64,000 bases of DNA from Planctomycetota bacterium (GTDB taxonomy: Bacteria; Planctomycetota; SZUA-567; H5-PLA8): NCBI GenBank assembly GCA_038227875.1, contig JBBRPR010000039.1:1-64000 (forward strand), read 5' to 3'. Below, piece by piece: positions 48,449-58,419 of this stretch; the first letter of the stretch is position 1, and the number at the start of each line of letters is the position of its first letter. The position numbers were made by a program, and so were the translations under genes. The notes under the pieces are model-generated. The model was given only the letters and a program-made list of their open reading frames with translations, searched no databases and was not told the origin of the DNA.

Positions 48449-49350
48449 GCCCGCACCTGCCGCCTGAAATTTCCCGGGCTGACGTGGTAATGCCTGCGGA
48501 AAACCTTACAGAAATGATTCGCGTCGGCGAAGCCGCATTCGCGGGCGATGGCGCCGAGCTTCGCCTTGGTCTGGATCAGTCGCTGCTCGGCTTCGCGCAG
48601 GCGGACTTCTGTCACGAACTGCGCGGGAGCGAGGCCGGTTTCCGCTTTGAAATAATGCGCGAAATGGCTGCGGCTCATCTCGCGGCGCTGAGCGAGCTGC
48701 TCGATGGTCACGGGGGAGCTCAAGCGTTTTAAGATGTACGCGCGCGTTTCGTTCAGCAAGGATTCGCGCGTCGGCTGCGCGTACTGCAACTGATGGCCGA
48801 AACGTTCGTACTCCATCAGGAAATCCAACTGCGCCTGCTCCAGCGCGTACTGATCGCGAAACGTGCCGTGACTCGCGCCTTCAAAGAGCGAGACCATGCG
48901 CGCAACCAGCACGCTGTCGGCGGGAATCTTCAGCACGCGGCCGGATTGCAGCATCCGTTCGCGCATGCGCCGGACGACGTAGGGATGGCGCAGGCTCAGC
49001 CAAAAAAATGTCCACGCGGGCGATTCCGGCGGCAGGAAGTAATCGTGATCGGACGGAATGAACGCGGAGAACGCGCTGCAGGCTTCGACGCGCTGCGCGG
49101 CCCGGCCTTCACGGTAGATCCCCCACCCGCTTAAGACGTACTGATAGATGATGCTGGGATGATTGGGGTCGCCGCCGCGCTTGAGTCCGGACCAGTAGTA
49201 GTCTTTGGGATCAGTGCGCGTCTCGTAGCCGCCGTAGACATCGATATGCGGGCCGAAGAGTTGCGAATGCGGCACTTGGTCGCGGAAGATGCGCGCGACG
49301 GTGTCGTGCAGTTTCTCCAGAGCAGCGTGTGCGGCAGCCGGTTCATTCAC
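48445..49350 (-). CDS. AraC family transcriptional regulator
   Basis: 'MSRSHFAHYFK' and 'IARECGFADANHFCKVFRR'. Divergent from the GH4 gene. Confidence 0.93.
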   Translation of the reverse strand: MNEPAAAHAALEKLHDTVARIFRDQVPHSQLFGPHIDVYGGYETRTDPKDYYWSGLKRGGDPNHPSIIYQYVLSGWGIYREGRAAQRVEACSAFSAFIPSDHDYFLPPESPAWTFFWLSLRHPYVVRRMRERMLQSGRVLKIPADSVLVARMVSLFEGASHGTFRDQYALEQAQLDFLMEYERFGHQLQYAQPTRESLLNETRAYILKRLSSPVTIEQLAQRREMSRSHFAHYFKAETGLAPAQFVTEVRLREAEQRLIQTKAKLGAIARECGFADANHFCKVFRRHYHVSPGNFRRQVRA

Positions 49351-49487
49351 AAATAGACTATCTTTAGCCGGGACAGACCCTTTTCAAGCCCCGATTGCAG
49401 TGTATTTACTAAGGAGAGCACTGGTGACCCACAGGATTCACATTCCGACTAATTCGGATCCATCCCACCCCGCGGAGGACGTACGTC

Positions 49488-51044
49488 GTGACCATTAAAA
49501 TTGCAATGATTGGCGCCGGTTCCATCGGATTTACCACGCGTTTGATGCGCGACATTCTCTCGGTTCCGGAACTGGCCGACACCACGTTCGCGCTCACCGA
49601 CATCAACGAACGCAACCTGGACATGGTCACGCAGATCTGCGAGCGCGACATCAAGCACAACAACCTGCCCGCGAAAATCATCGCGACGACCAATCGCCGC
49701 AAAGCGATCACCGATGCCGACTACATTCTCTGCATGGTCCGCCAGGGCGGACTGGAAGCGTTCGCGACGGACGTCGACATTCCGCTGAAGTACGGCGTCG
49801 ATCAGTGCGTCGGCGACACGATCTGCGCCGGCGGAATCATGTACGCTCAGCGCACCATCAACGCGCTGCTGGGATTCTGCAAAGACATCCGCGAAGTGGC
49901 CAAGCCCAACGCGCTGTTCCTGAATTATTCCAACCCGATGGCGATGAACACGTGGGCCTGCAATGCCTACGGCGGCGTGCGCACCATCGGCCTGTGCCAC
50001 GGCGTCCAGGGCGCGCACTGGCAGATTACATCCTGCATCGAAAACTGGGCGAAGAAGGAAGCGCTGATTCCGCAGGATTACAAGATGCACCGCCGCGAAG
50101 TCGACGTGATCGCCGCGGGGATCAACCACCAGACGTGGTTCACGAAAGTCTCGTGGCGCGGCCGCGACATGGTGGCGATGCTGCCGGAACTCTTCGCCGC
50201 TCACCCGACCTTCCCGACGACCGAAAAAGTGCGCATCGATGTGCTCAACCGCTTCGGCTACTACAGCACCGAATCCAACGGACACTTGAGCGAATACCTT
50301 CCTTGGTACCGCAAGCGCACCGATGAAATCAATAAGTGGATCGATCTCTCCTGCTGGATCAACGGCGAAACCGGCGGCTACTTGCGCGTCTGCACCGAAG
50401 GCCGCAATTGGTTCGAGACCGATTTCCCGAACTGGCTGAAACAGGAACCGCCCAAGTTCACGCAGGATTCGCGTAGCGAAGAACACGGCTCGTGGATCAT
50501 CGAATCGCTGGAAACCGGACGCATCTACCGCGGGCATTTCAACATCCTCAACAAGGGGCACATCACCAATCTGCCCGACGGAGCGATCATCGAAATCCCC
50601 GGCTACGTCGACAAGAACGGATTGAACATGCCCGTCGTCGGCGACCTGCCGCTGGCCTGCGCCGCGACGTGTTCGGCGTCCGTCCGCGTCCAGGAAATGG
50701 GAACGAAGGCCGCCGTTACCGGCGATCTGCTGCTGCTGAAGCAGGCGATGCTCCACGACCCCCTCGTCGGCGCCGTCTGCAATCCGGAAGAAGTCTGGCA
50801 GATGACCGACGAAATGGTCGTGGCTCAGGCCGAATGGCTGCCGCAGTACGCCAAGGAAGTCCCCGCCGCGAAGAAGCGCCTGGCCGATCACGAGAAGAAC
50901 GGCACGCGCGTGAAGCTGCTCGAAACATCCGGCGCGGCGCGCCTGAAGACCAAGAGCGTCGACGAAATGAAACGCAACAAGGAAGAAGCCCGCGCCAACG
51001 CCGCCGCGTCGGACAAAGGCAAGATGACGGCGAAGAGTCATTAG
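49488..51044 (+). CDS. melA: GH4 NAD+-dependent alpha-galactosidase/glucosidase
   Basis: 'IGAGSIGF', 'IPLKYGVDQCVGDT..AGG', 'NYSNPMA', 'GLCHG', 'AGINH', 'TESNGH.SEY'. Confidence 0.9.
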   Translation: MTIKIAMIGAGSIGFTTRLMRDILSVPELADTTFALTDINERNLDMVTQICERDIKHNNLPAKIIATTNRRKAITDADYILCMVRQGGLEAFATDVDIPLKYGVDQCVGDTICAGGIMYAQRTINALLGFCKDIREVAKPNALFLNYSNPMAMNTWACNAYGGVRTIGLCHGVQGAHWQITSCIENWAKKEALIPQDYKMHRREVDVIAAGINHQTWFTKVSWRGRDMVAMLPELFAAHPTFPTTEKVRIDVLNRFGYYSTESNGHLSEYLPWYRKRTDEINKWIDLSCWINGETGGYLRVCTEGRNWFETDFPNWLKQEPPKFTQDSRSEEHGSWIIESLETGRIYRGHFNILNKGHITNLPDGAIIEIPGYVDKNGLNMPVVGDLPLACAATCSASVRVQEMGTKAAVTGDLLLLKQAMLHDPLVGAVCNPEEVWQMTDEMVVAQAEWLPQYAKEVPAAKKRLADHEKNGTRVKLLETSGAARLKTKSVDEMKRNKEEARANAAASDKGKMTAKSH

Positions 51045-51069
51045 TTTTCCGAGGGTTTGAGCGCACGGT

Positions 51070-51231
51070 TAGTTTTGAGTGTTGAGTTTTTAGTTTTGAG
51101 TTACGGCATTGAAAACGCGCTCTCTTCCGTAAAGGGGGAGAGCGCGAGTTCATTGCGAGCCACTCAATCTCCTGCTAACGTGACGATCTGTGCAACCCAA
51201 CTCAAAACTAGAAACTCACAACTCAAAACTA
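51070..51231. repeat. Two-armed TTTTGAG/CTCAAAA heptamer element with an inner hairpin
   Basis: Arms tagttttgagtgttgagtttttagttttgagtt and aactcaaaactagaaactcacaactcaaaacta. Inner cgcgctctc...gagagcgcg. Confidence 0.88.
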
Positions 51232-51268
51232 TCTGCAATACTCGTTCACTAGGGAGAGCAACGCTTTC

Positions 51269-52291
51269 ATGTGGGAAGAACGCTGGCATCCGTTGCGCGA
51301 AGAATGGGTCATCATTGCGGCGCACCGCAACAACCGGCCGTGGAGCGGTGGGTCGGTCGCGCGCAAGGATGCGGAGATCCCGGCGTACCTGCCCGACTGC
51401 TATCTCTGTCCCGGCAACCCGCGCGTCAGCGGCGCGAAAAACGAGCCGTACACGGGCGTCTTCGTCTTCGACAACGATCACCCCTGCGTCAGCTTCACGG
51501 CTCCGTCGGAATTGAAGAAGCCGGCGGGCATTTACAAAAACCGCCCGGCACAAGGCATCGCGCGCGTCGTCTGCTACAGCCCGAAACACAACGTGGCGCT
51601 GGCGGAACTGGCGCTGCCGGAGATCCAGAATCTGCTGCGCTGCTGGCAGGAACAGTACCGCGACCTCGGCGACCGGCCGGAGATCAAGCACGTTCTGATT
51701 TTCGAAAACAAGGGCGAAGTCGTCGGCGTCTCCAATCCGCACCCGCACTGCCAGATCTACGCCAACAACTTCGTCTTCAAAACCATCGAGACCGAAGCGG
51801 GCGCGTCGCAGCAGCACAAGAAAGAAACCGGCCGCGTCCTCTTTCAGGACATTCTCGCTGCGGAAAAAGAAGACGGCCGCCGCATCATCTGCGAGAACGA
51901 TTCCGCAATCGCGTTCATTCCGTACTTTGCGCGCTACGCATACGAAGTGTTCGTCGCGCCGAAGGAGACGCACCCGAGCCTCGCTGCGCTGTCGCCCAAG
52001 GAGCTCGCCGATTTTTCAGACGTACTCAAACGCGTGCTGGTGAAGATGGACAACATGTGGCAGATGCCGTTTCCGTACGTGATGCCGTTGCATCAGGCGC
52101 CGACGGACGGGGCGGACCACAGCGCGTTCCATTTCCACATCGAATTCCATCCGCCGCTGCGCAAGCCGAATCTGTTGAAGTACCTCGCCGGCCCGGAAAT
52201 CGGCGGCGGAAATTTCTTGAGCGACACGTGCCCGGAAGACAAGGCCGCGGAGCTGCGCGGGGCGGCGGAGATTCATTGCAAACAGGCGTGA
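51269..52291 (+). CDS. galT: Galactose-1-phosphate uridylyltransferase
   Basis: 'HR..RPW.G', 'CYLCPGN', 'FDND', '[15 protein letters not shown]'. Confidence 0.96.
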   Translation: MWEERWHPLREEWVIIAAHRNNRPWSGGSVARKDAEIPAYLPDCYLCPGNPRVSGAKNEPYTGVFVFDNDHPCVSFTAPSELKKPAGIYKNRPAQGIARVVCYSPKHNVALAELALPEIQNLLRCWQEQYRDLGDRPEIKHVLIFENKGEVVGVSNPHPHCQIYANNFVFKTIETEAGASQQHKKETGRVLFQDILAAEKEDGRRIICENDSAIAFIPYFARYAYEVFVAPKETHPSLAALSPKELADFSDVLKRVLVKMDNMWQMPFPYVMPLHQAPTDGADHSAFHFHIEFHPPLRKPNLLKYLAGPEIGGGNFLSDTCPEDKAAELRGAAEIHCKQA

Positions 52292-52299
52292 CGCATCCG

Positions 52300-53487
52300 C
52301 TACTTTCCGATCGCCTGCGGGGCTTCGATCACCGCAGTGCCTTCGATCGAGATCATGAACGGCGCTTTTTTCGTCGCGCGGTAGTTGGTCTTGCCGCTGG
52401 CGGCGCCCTTGATCGATAATTCCAAGGCATCGCTAAGAATTTTCACCATCACCGTGTCCTTGCCCTCTCCCTTGAAATCGTGCGTGTACCAACGCACCGG
52501 GCGACCGCTCCCGCTGATGTCTACAACGAAAGCCGTGTAGGCATTGTCCTTAATTTCGAAGCCGTATCCTGTGGCAGGCAACGGTCGATTGGGTTCGTCC
52601 TCGTCCTTGCTGTGACAATTACGCACGAAGGCCCGGATGACCGCGTCGCTGCCCTTGGGAAGGACAAACTGGATCGCGCCATCGATTTTGTCCGCTTCCA
52701 GTTTTCCGTTGGTCACTTCGTAAACGTTCTCGGACTTCTTCTTCCAGATTCCCGTCACCGAGCTCCACCCCGCGGCCTTTAGTGCGCGTTCCACATCGGG
52801 AGGAACCTGATTGACCGGCGGCACAAACGTCACGCCCTTCGGCGTACGGGCAGGCGCTGGTCCGGACGCATCGGTCTTCGGCGGCTTGGCGGGATTTACC
52901 GCGTTGACCGTGCCGGCACCGGCTGCCGAGGCAGTGGATCGCGGCAACTTCAACGCAGCGATGGTTTCCGCACCGACTAACTCCTGCTCGCGTAACGCGC
53001 CCGTCCGGTCGGCAATCGCGTTGAGTGTAAGTGTGTCGGGAGAACGAATGGCGATCTTCCCCAGTTCCTGGCAGTAGTCGGCAAGCAATCGGCGCAATTC
53101 CGTCGCGCTTGGATTGAGCTTCTGCAGCCGCCGCGCCGCCTCATCCCGCTTGATGGTATTGGCAGGACTGGCCTCGCGGCCGAATTCCTGAATTGCTCGA
53201 TCAAAAAATCGCGCCGCGGATGCCGCATCGCCCTCCGCGTCGTAGATCTTTCCCAGTTCATAAAGCGCATCGCTGCAATGGTCGTCGTAGATCAGCGCGC
53301 GCAGCAGAAAGTCCTTGGCGCGATCGGCCGCACCTTTTGCGGCAAAGGATATGCCTGTATCCACCAGCGCCCGCGCTTCTGCGGCCGGCTTGTTGATTTC
53401 CGCACCGTGCAAACCGGCCGCGAGAATCGCACCCAGCGCGACACTCCACCCGATCCACAATTGTACATTCAAGATTGATGGAATCAT
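52300..53487 (-). CDS. Exported TPR-containing hypothetical protein
   Basis: Signal peptide, TPR 'ALIYDDHCSDALYELGKIY', beta-rich C-terminus. Confidence 0.75.
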   Translation of the reverse strand: MIPSILNVQLWIGWSVALGAILAAGLHGAEINKPAAEARALVDTGISFAAKGAADRAKDFLLRALIYDDHCSDALYELGKIYDAEGDAASAARFFDRAIQEFGREASPANTIKRDEAARRLQKLNPSATELRRLLADYCQELGKIAIRSPDTLTLNAIADRTGALREQELVGAETIAALKLPRSTASAAGAGTVNAVNPAKPPKTDASGPAPARTPKGVTFVPPVNQVPPDVERALKAAGWSSVTGIWKKKSENVYEVTNGKLEADKIDGAIQFVLPKGSDAVIRAFVRNCHSKDEDEPNRPLPATGYGFEIKDNAYTAFVVDISGSGRPVRWYTHDFKGEGKDTVMVKILSDALELSIKGAASGKTNYRATKKAPFMISIEGTAVIEAPQAIGK

Positions 53488-53526
53488 CGCCGTGCACCGC
53501 TCCTTTGGAATTCATGCGGGAAGACG

Positions 53527-54006
53527 TTAGCGGCGCTGGGGGCCCATCTGGTTGGCCATATCGTCGGCCAGGCCTTGGATCTGAGCCTTCACGCGATCGT
53601 GCTCTTCTTTCGACACGTCGCGGCCGTTTACCATGTAGCTGTGCCTGTCCTTGAAATCGGCCTTCATTGCATCGGTGACCTCCACGCCTTTCAGCAGCGG
53701 CGTGGACTCCAACGCTTTTTTCGCGGCATCGTTGACGGATTTGACCCAGGTTTCGTGCAGGGAAGGCTGACGCAATTGCGCTTTCAGCTCCGCGCTGATT
53801 TCCGGATGATGCGCGATCGACGCTTCGACCGCATCGTGAATCGCCTGCAGCGCCGCAGCGTGAGCCTCGTGTTCTTTTTGAGCCGGCGTCTTTTCAATCT
53901 TGACGGGACTGGCGGGGTCGGCCGTCGCCGCGCATCCGGGTCCCGCAATGACGGCCAACACGACGACAATCATCGCGATGTGAAATCTGCCACTATGTGC
54001 TGACAT
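53527..54006 (-). CDS. Exported helical hypothetical protein (possible lipoprotein)
   Basis: GAGGAG RBS; hydrophobic N-terminus ending 'AGPGC'. Confidence 0.72.
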   Translation of the reverse strand: MSAHSGRFHIAMIVVVLAVIAGPGCAATADPASPVKIEKTPAQKEHEAHAAALQAIHDAVEASIAHHPEISAELKAQLRQPSLHETWVKSVNDAAKKALESTPLLKGVEVTDAMKADFKDRHSYMVNGRDVSKEEHDRVKAQIQGLADDMANQMGPQRR

Positions 54007-54064
54007 GAGCGCTCCTCGTCCGCCGACTGGAATTGCCCGCGCCAGTGTTCAGCGGGTCATCCAG

Positions 54065-55345
54065 TTACGGACGGTGGAGCGTGATCGGATTCACTTTTTT
54101 CTGAAAGGTAGTCTGAGTGCCGATCTTAAACGAGGCAGATGTGAAACCATTTTTGAAGTTCGAATCGATCTGGACGATCAGCGTTTCACTTTCCAACATC
54201 ATGGTTTTTTTGAGTGCCTTGTTTGGTATGTCGTCATCGACCGAGGCCTGTTTCGATCCCTGCGATTCGTGAATCGCCAGAAGCTGCTCCAGCGGAATCG
54301 CCAACGCAGGGGACGGCTTCGCGACCTGAGCCGCTTTAAGTTGCAACGAGGGCCGCAAAACGATTTCGAAATCGTCGGGTTCTTCAACCGGGGTGGGCGC
54401 CACAACAGCAACCGGAAGCTCCTGGACTGAAATCGTGGGCAGAGGGGCAGGCGCAGCGACGATGGAGTTGATGAGTGGTTTTTGTGGAGGCGTGATCGCC
54501 ATCTGTGCCCGCTTTGGCGAGTGGAACACGAGCGCTCCCCAGAGGCTCAGCACGGCGACTGCAAACCCGCAAGCCACGCGCAGCTTTATCGCGTCCCACA
54601 TCACGCGGCGCACAACGGCCTGTGCCATCTGCCTCACGGCGCTCGAAACCAGATTGTGATAGCACGCATTTCGGATTGATAGTGCCAGCGCCGCATGGCC
54701 CTGCTGCCGCGCCGCCACGCATGCTGTTTTCCATGCGACCAAGGCCACTGTCGGCGCGATCTGCTGGCGTTCCAGGATCGCACGCAGTCGCAGTCGGCCG
54801 CGGTTGATGCGCGACTGCACCGTCGCTTCGCTGCAGGCCAATTCCTGTGCTACTTCCGAACGCGATTTTCCTGCCAGAAACCGCAGGACGAGCGCTTCGC
54901 GCTGCGCATCCGGCAACACCGCGAGCGCCGCGTCGATCGCGCCGCGCAGATCCCGGCGCGATTCGTCGACGTCATCCAATGAAACGGTCGAATTGCGGTA
55001 CGCCGCCGTTTGGGGTTTAAGCTGCCCTGCACGACGTTCGTGAACGGCGCGCCGACGCTGCACTTTTCGAAGATCCCGAGCCGCCAGGCCGGCCGCGCGC
55101 TGCAGCCATCCGGCGACGGACGTCCCCGGCGGCAACTGCCTGGCCTTTCGCATCAGCGCCAGAAACGCCGCCTGGGCCGCGTCTTCGGCGCTCGCCTGAT
55201 CGCCCAGCAGGCGCAGCGCCGAGCCATAGGTCATGGCGCTGTAGCGGTCGATCAGAATATTGAACGGAGCCTCTGCGCCAGTCAGCGCATACTCGCGGAG
55301 CAACTCCGCATCGCCTCGGCTTGCAAAGTCATCATGCACAGACAT
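54065..55345 (-). CDS. ECF sigma factor with TM helix and C-terminal extension
   Basis: 'DAELLREY...AEDAAQAAFLAL...GWL', 'LPDAQREALVLRF...RINRGRLRLR', TM 'VACGFAVAVLSLWGALVF'. Confidence 0.88.
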   Translation of the reverse strand: MSVHDDFASRGDAELLREYALTGAEAPFNILIDRYSAMTYGSALRLLGDQASAEDAAQAAFLALMRKARQLPPGTSVAGWLQRAAGLAARDLRKVQRRRAVHERRAGQLKPQTAAYRNSTVSLDDVDESRRDLRGAIDAALAVLPDAQREALVLRFLAGKSRSEVAQELACSEATVQSRINRGRLRLRAILERQQIAPTVALVAWKTACVAARQQGHAALALSIRNACYHNLVSSAVRQMAQAVVRRVMWDAIKLRVACGFAVAVLSLWGALVFHSPKRAQMAITPPQKPLINSIVAAPAPLPTISVQELPVAVVAPTPVEEPDDFEIVLRPSLQLKAAQVAKPSPALAIPLEQLLAIHESQGSKQASVDDDIPNKALKKTMMLESETLIVQIDSNFKNGFTSASFKIGTQTTFQKKVNPITLHRP

Positions 55346-55438
55346 TTCAGCGCTCCAGACCCGTCTTCCGTCTCGAACAAGACGGAGGTAGGTGTAGATT
55401 GCGGCAGAAATGCATGGAATTTTGGCGTCGACACCGCC

Positions 55439-56644
55439 CTACTGACCCAGTGCCCTCAACAGCACCGTCGCATAACAACCGCGCGGAAGGCTGAACGACA
55501 GCGTGCGCTTCTTGCGCTTCGGGTCGTCGGCGGAGTCGTCGGTCTGCGGTGCCGTCGCTTCGAAATTGTCGGCGGTGAAGAACAGCCGGCGCGGCTCTTC
55601 GCCGAAAAATGGGCGGCGTACGCCGGGGATTTCCAGGTCGGTGACCTTGATGCCCTCTTCGGCGAGCACGGCTTCGGCGGCGGCTTTCCATACGCCGGTC
55701 AATTCAGTCTTGCGCGCCAGCAGCGGGATTTCCAGGTCGGCCAGCTCGGGTGAGATCGCTTCGTGGGTCGGGAAGAGCATCTCGCCATAGGTGTCGTCGG
55801 CAGCGATCACCGGCCCGCGCTCGACGCACGATTCGGCGACGACGCGGCGCGCGATGGAATTCCACAACCACGATTGGTACGCGTAGACGCACATCTGCTG
55901 AAACATGTACGGCAGCGCGCAGAACGCGGCGCGGAAATCGCTCCCGGAATTGGCGAGTCGCTCGATCGCTTTGCGATCCGGACGCGGGCGCAGAGTCTTC
56001 AGCATCTCGCCCCACTTGCCCCACTTCTCGCGGATCGTGCGTTTGAATATTTTGTCGTCCATGCGGTCTTTGCGCGCTTCGGTGGCGATGGCCAGCTTCA
56101 GCGCGTCTTCGAATTCACCCTTGATCAGATGCTTCGCGACCCAGCCGCGGCCGTGGCGCGCGGAGCCGAAGCGCTGGTCGCCAAAGTAATTGACGATGCG
56201 CACGCCCGCGCCGTCGGTTTCGGAGACGCTGAGCAGGCGGCGCGCACGGTCCATGTCGAAGCATTCCTGCGCGGTCAGATTTCGCACGGTGATGTGAAAG
56301 CGATTGCGTTCGATGTCCGACGCCACGATCGCGCGAGGCGCGAAACCGAGACGCTTGAGCGTCCAGTCCGGGCCTTCCGATTTCTCCGGCGCGTCCGGCG
56401 CTTTGGCCGTGTCGAGCGTGATGTGCTGCAGCGTGCTGGCGTGCTTGTCTTTCAGACCCGCATAGGCAAACACAGCGGCAGGCACTTTCAGCGCGCGCGC
56501 AACGCGGCCAACGGCTTCGGGCGTGGCCAGCGTTTCCTTCGTGAGTCGGTAGAGAGCGAACGGGCCGCTCTTTTCAGCCAGCAGCGGAAACTGCTTGCTC
56601 AGGATTTCCTCAACCTGGAAATCGTCGGGCGTGCGTTTAATCAT
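55439..56644 (-). CDS. truD: tRNA pseudouridine(13) synthase
   Basis: 'PDDFQVEE', 'YAGLKDKHA...Q', 'NYFGDQRFG', 'AYQSWLWN', 'FSLPRGCYATVLLR'. Confidence 0.96.
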   Translation of the reverse strand: MIKRTPDDFQVEEILSKQFPLLAEKSGPFALYRLTKETLATPEAVGRVARALKVPAAVFAYAGLKDKHASTLQHITLDTAKAPDAPEKSEGPDWTLKRLGFAPRAIVASDIERNRFHITVRNLTAQECFDMDRARRLLSVSETDGAGVRIVNYFGDQRFGSARHGRGWVAKHLIKGEFEDALKLAIATEARKDRMDDKIFKRTIREKWGKWGEMLKTLRPRPDRKAIERLANSGSDFRAAFCALPYMFQQMCVYAYQSWLWNSIARRVVAESCVERGPVIAADDTYGEMLFPTHEAISPELADLEIPLLARKTELTGVWKAAAEAVLAEEGIKVTDLEIPGVRRPFFGEEPRRLFFTADNFEATAPQTDDSADDPKRKKRTLSFSLPRGCYATVLLRALGQ

Positions 56645-56792
56645 GGGAGGTGGTGTGGCTTTAGTCCGGGAAACGGTTCGCGAGCACAGCGACTCTTATA
56701 GCATACTTTGTGCGTAAAGCGAAACGCGTCCGCGCGAGGAGGGACCTTCAGGCCAATTGGCCTGAGGTTAAAACTCCAACATCCGCATTTCG

Positions 56793-58193
56793 TTATTGCG
56801 GCGGATGGGCACTGAGCAGCGTTAGTTCGCTCTTCAACAGCGCGCGCGTGTAGATGCGGTAGTCACCGATCATGCCGTTGATTCCGCCATACCAAGGATC
56901 CTTGCCGATGTAGACCGGACCGGTGTTGTGGACCGTGCCAGCTGAAAGTTCAGCCTCGGTGTCTTTGCGGCCATCGATATACAGTTCCAGCACGTGGCCG
57001 CGTTTGATGTAGGCGATGTGCGTCCATTTGCCTTGTGGCACTTCGGTGGGATTGTCGCCGCCTTCGTTGCCGTTGATCATCGTGCCGATGCGGTAATGCA
57101 TGCGGTTGTCGTCGGGATGAAGCCAGATCGCGAAGGTGCGTTCTTCGTCGGAATTTCCCTTATGCGTGATGTTGCGCCATCCATTCTTCGGTCCCACGTT
57201 CAACCAGAGCCAGAACGTGACAGAAAAATCGGCGTTGAAGCGACCGATCTCCAACGCTTTGTCGTCGAGCGTTACGATCTCCGAGCCAGTGAACGCGAGA
57301 GCGCCGGCCTTGCCCTCCTCCCACTTCGCACCCTGTATGGTGGCGGCCGGCCGTTTTTCGCCGACGGAGTTCGCCGCCTGTGTGCCGGTCTTTTCGAGGA
57401 ACTTCAAGTGTACTGTGAGCGCATCGGTGGGATCTTCGGCGAGCACCCCGCGTTGCTTGAGCAGATCGTACGCCGCGCCATCGTGCGTCAATCGCGCGAA
57501 GGCTTCGGGACCGTCGTCGCCGGTGCGGCGGACAGCCGCGACCAGATAGCGCGCCAATTCGGGGTCGGCGACTTGATTGTAAATCGCCGGGAACGCACGC
57601 GGGTCGACTTTCGCGATCGACGCCCACATCACCTTGATCCATTTCGCACGCTGCGGGTCCTGCGGATTGGCGGCAAGGCGTTCGGCGCAGAGCCACGCGA
57701 GTTGGCGGTCTTTGAGATCCAATAATATGGCGCAGGCTTTCAGTGAGAGCGCTTCGGGACCCTCACGGAACGCTTTGCGCAGGAGAATGCGGCCGACTTC
57801 GCCGAATTCCCGATAGCGCTGCTCGGCCACCGCCGCACTCTCGGGATCGATGAGACTCGAGGACGCAAAGCCAAGATCTTCCGCGGCGCGGCGTTCCTCA
57901 CGCAAGCGCGTCGAGACGATTTGCAATCGCTCCAACAGCGCCGGTTGATCATGAAACGCTTTCTCCGTTTCGGCACAAAGCGCGATCGCGTCTGGAAACT
58001 GAGCGCGCTCCTCCAACTCCACAACTTTATTCAGCCGCGCATCGAAGTCCGCGTTCACGGGAGCGTCGCCGCCCTTCGCAACGCCGGCCGCGAGGGCGAA
58101 CGCGATGAACAGCGAAGCGATGACTCGGTGAATGCGCACACTATTTCTATACCGCGCGTGAGAAGGTAAGTCCATAAGGGAGAACGACTCCAC
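56793..58193 (-). CDS. Exported protein with helical N-domain and C-terminal LamG/ConA-like domain
   Basis: Signal peptide (start probably GTG 58139). 'FSVTFW', 'KWTHIAY', 'LYIDG', 'IGDYRIYTRAL...EL'. Confidence 0.85.
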   Translation of the reverse strand: MESFSLMDLPSHARYRNSVRIHRVIASLFIAFALAAGVAKGGDAPVNADFDARLNKVVELEERAQFPDAIALCAETEKAFHDQPALLERLQIVSTRLREERRAAEDLGFASSSLIDPESAAVAEQRYREFGEVGRILLRKAFREGPEALSLKACAILLDLKDRQLAWLCAERLAANPQDPQRAKWIKVMWASIAKVDPRAFPAIYNQVADPELARYLVAAVRRTGDDGPEAFARLTHDGAAYDLLKQRGVLAEDPTDALTVHLKFLEKTGTQAANSVGEKRPAATIQGAKWEEGKAGALAFTGSEIVTLDDKALEIGRFNADFSVTFWLWLNVGPKNGWRNITHKGNSDEERTFAIWLHPDDNRMHYRIGTMINGNEGGDNPTEVPQGKWTHIAYIKRGHVLELYIDGRKDTEAELSAGTVHNTGPVYIGKDPWYGGINGMIGDYRIYTRALLKSELTLLSAHPPQ

Positions 58194-58419
58194 GCGTGCA
58201 ATGGGGTGTTCTTCGAAATTTTTCGCAAGGCGCGGCGCGTCTCGTCGTTAAGTCAGTGCACGAACACAGCGCGAGCAACCTTCCATAGAGGGTCTCGGCG
58301 CGCTGTCCTGTAACCGGTGTCGAACCGGTATCTGGTGTGTCTGGTCAATTTTCGAACGCGCGGGAGCTCTGTTGGCCCTGCTGCGGGTCGAATTTTACCG
58401 CGTCCAGGAGGACAGCGTC

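Noticed and set aside
48445..52291. AraC-GH4-galT cluster as a novel system
   Set aside because: An ordinary alpha-galactoside utilisation module.
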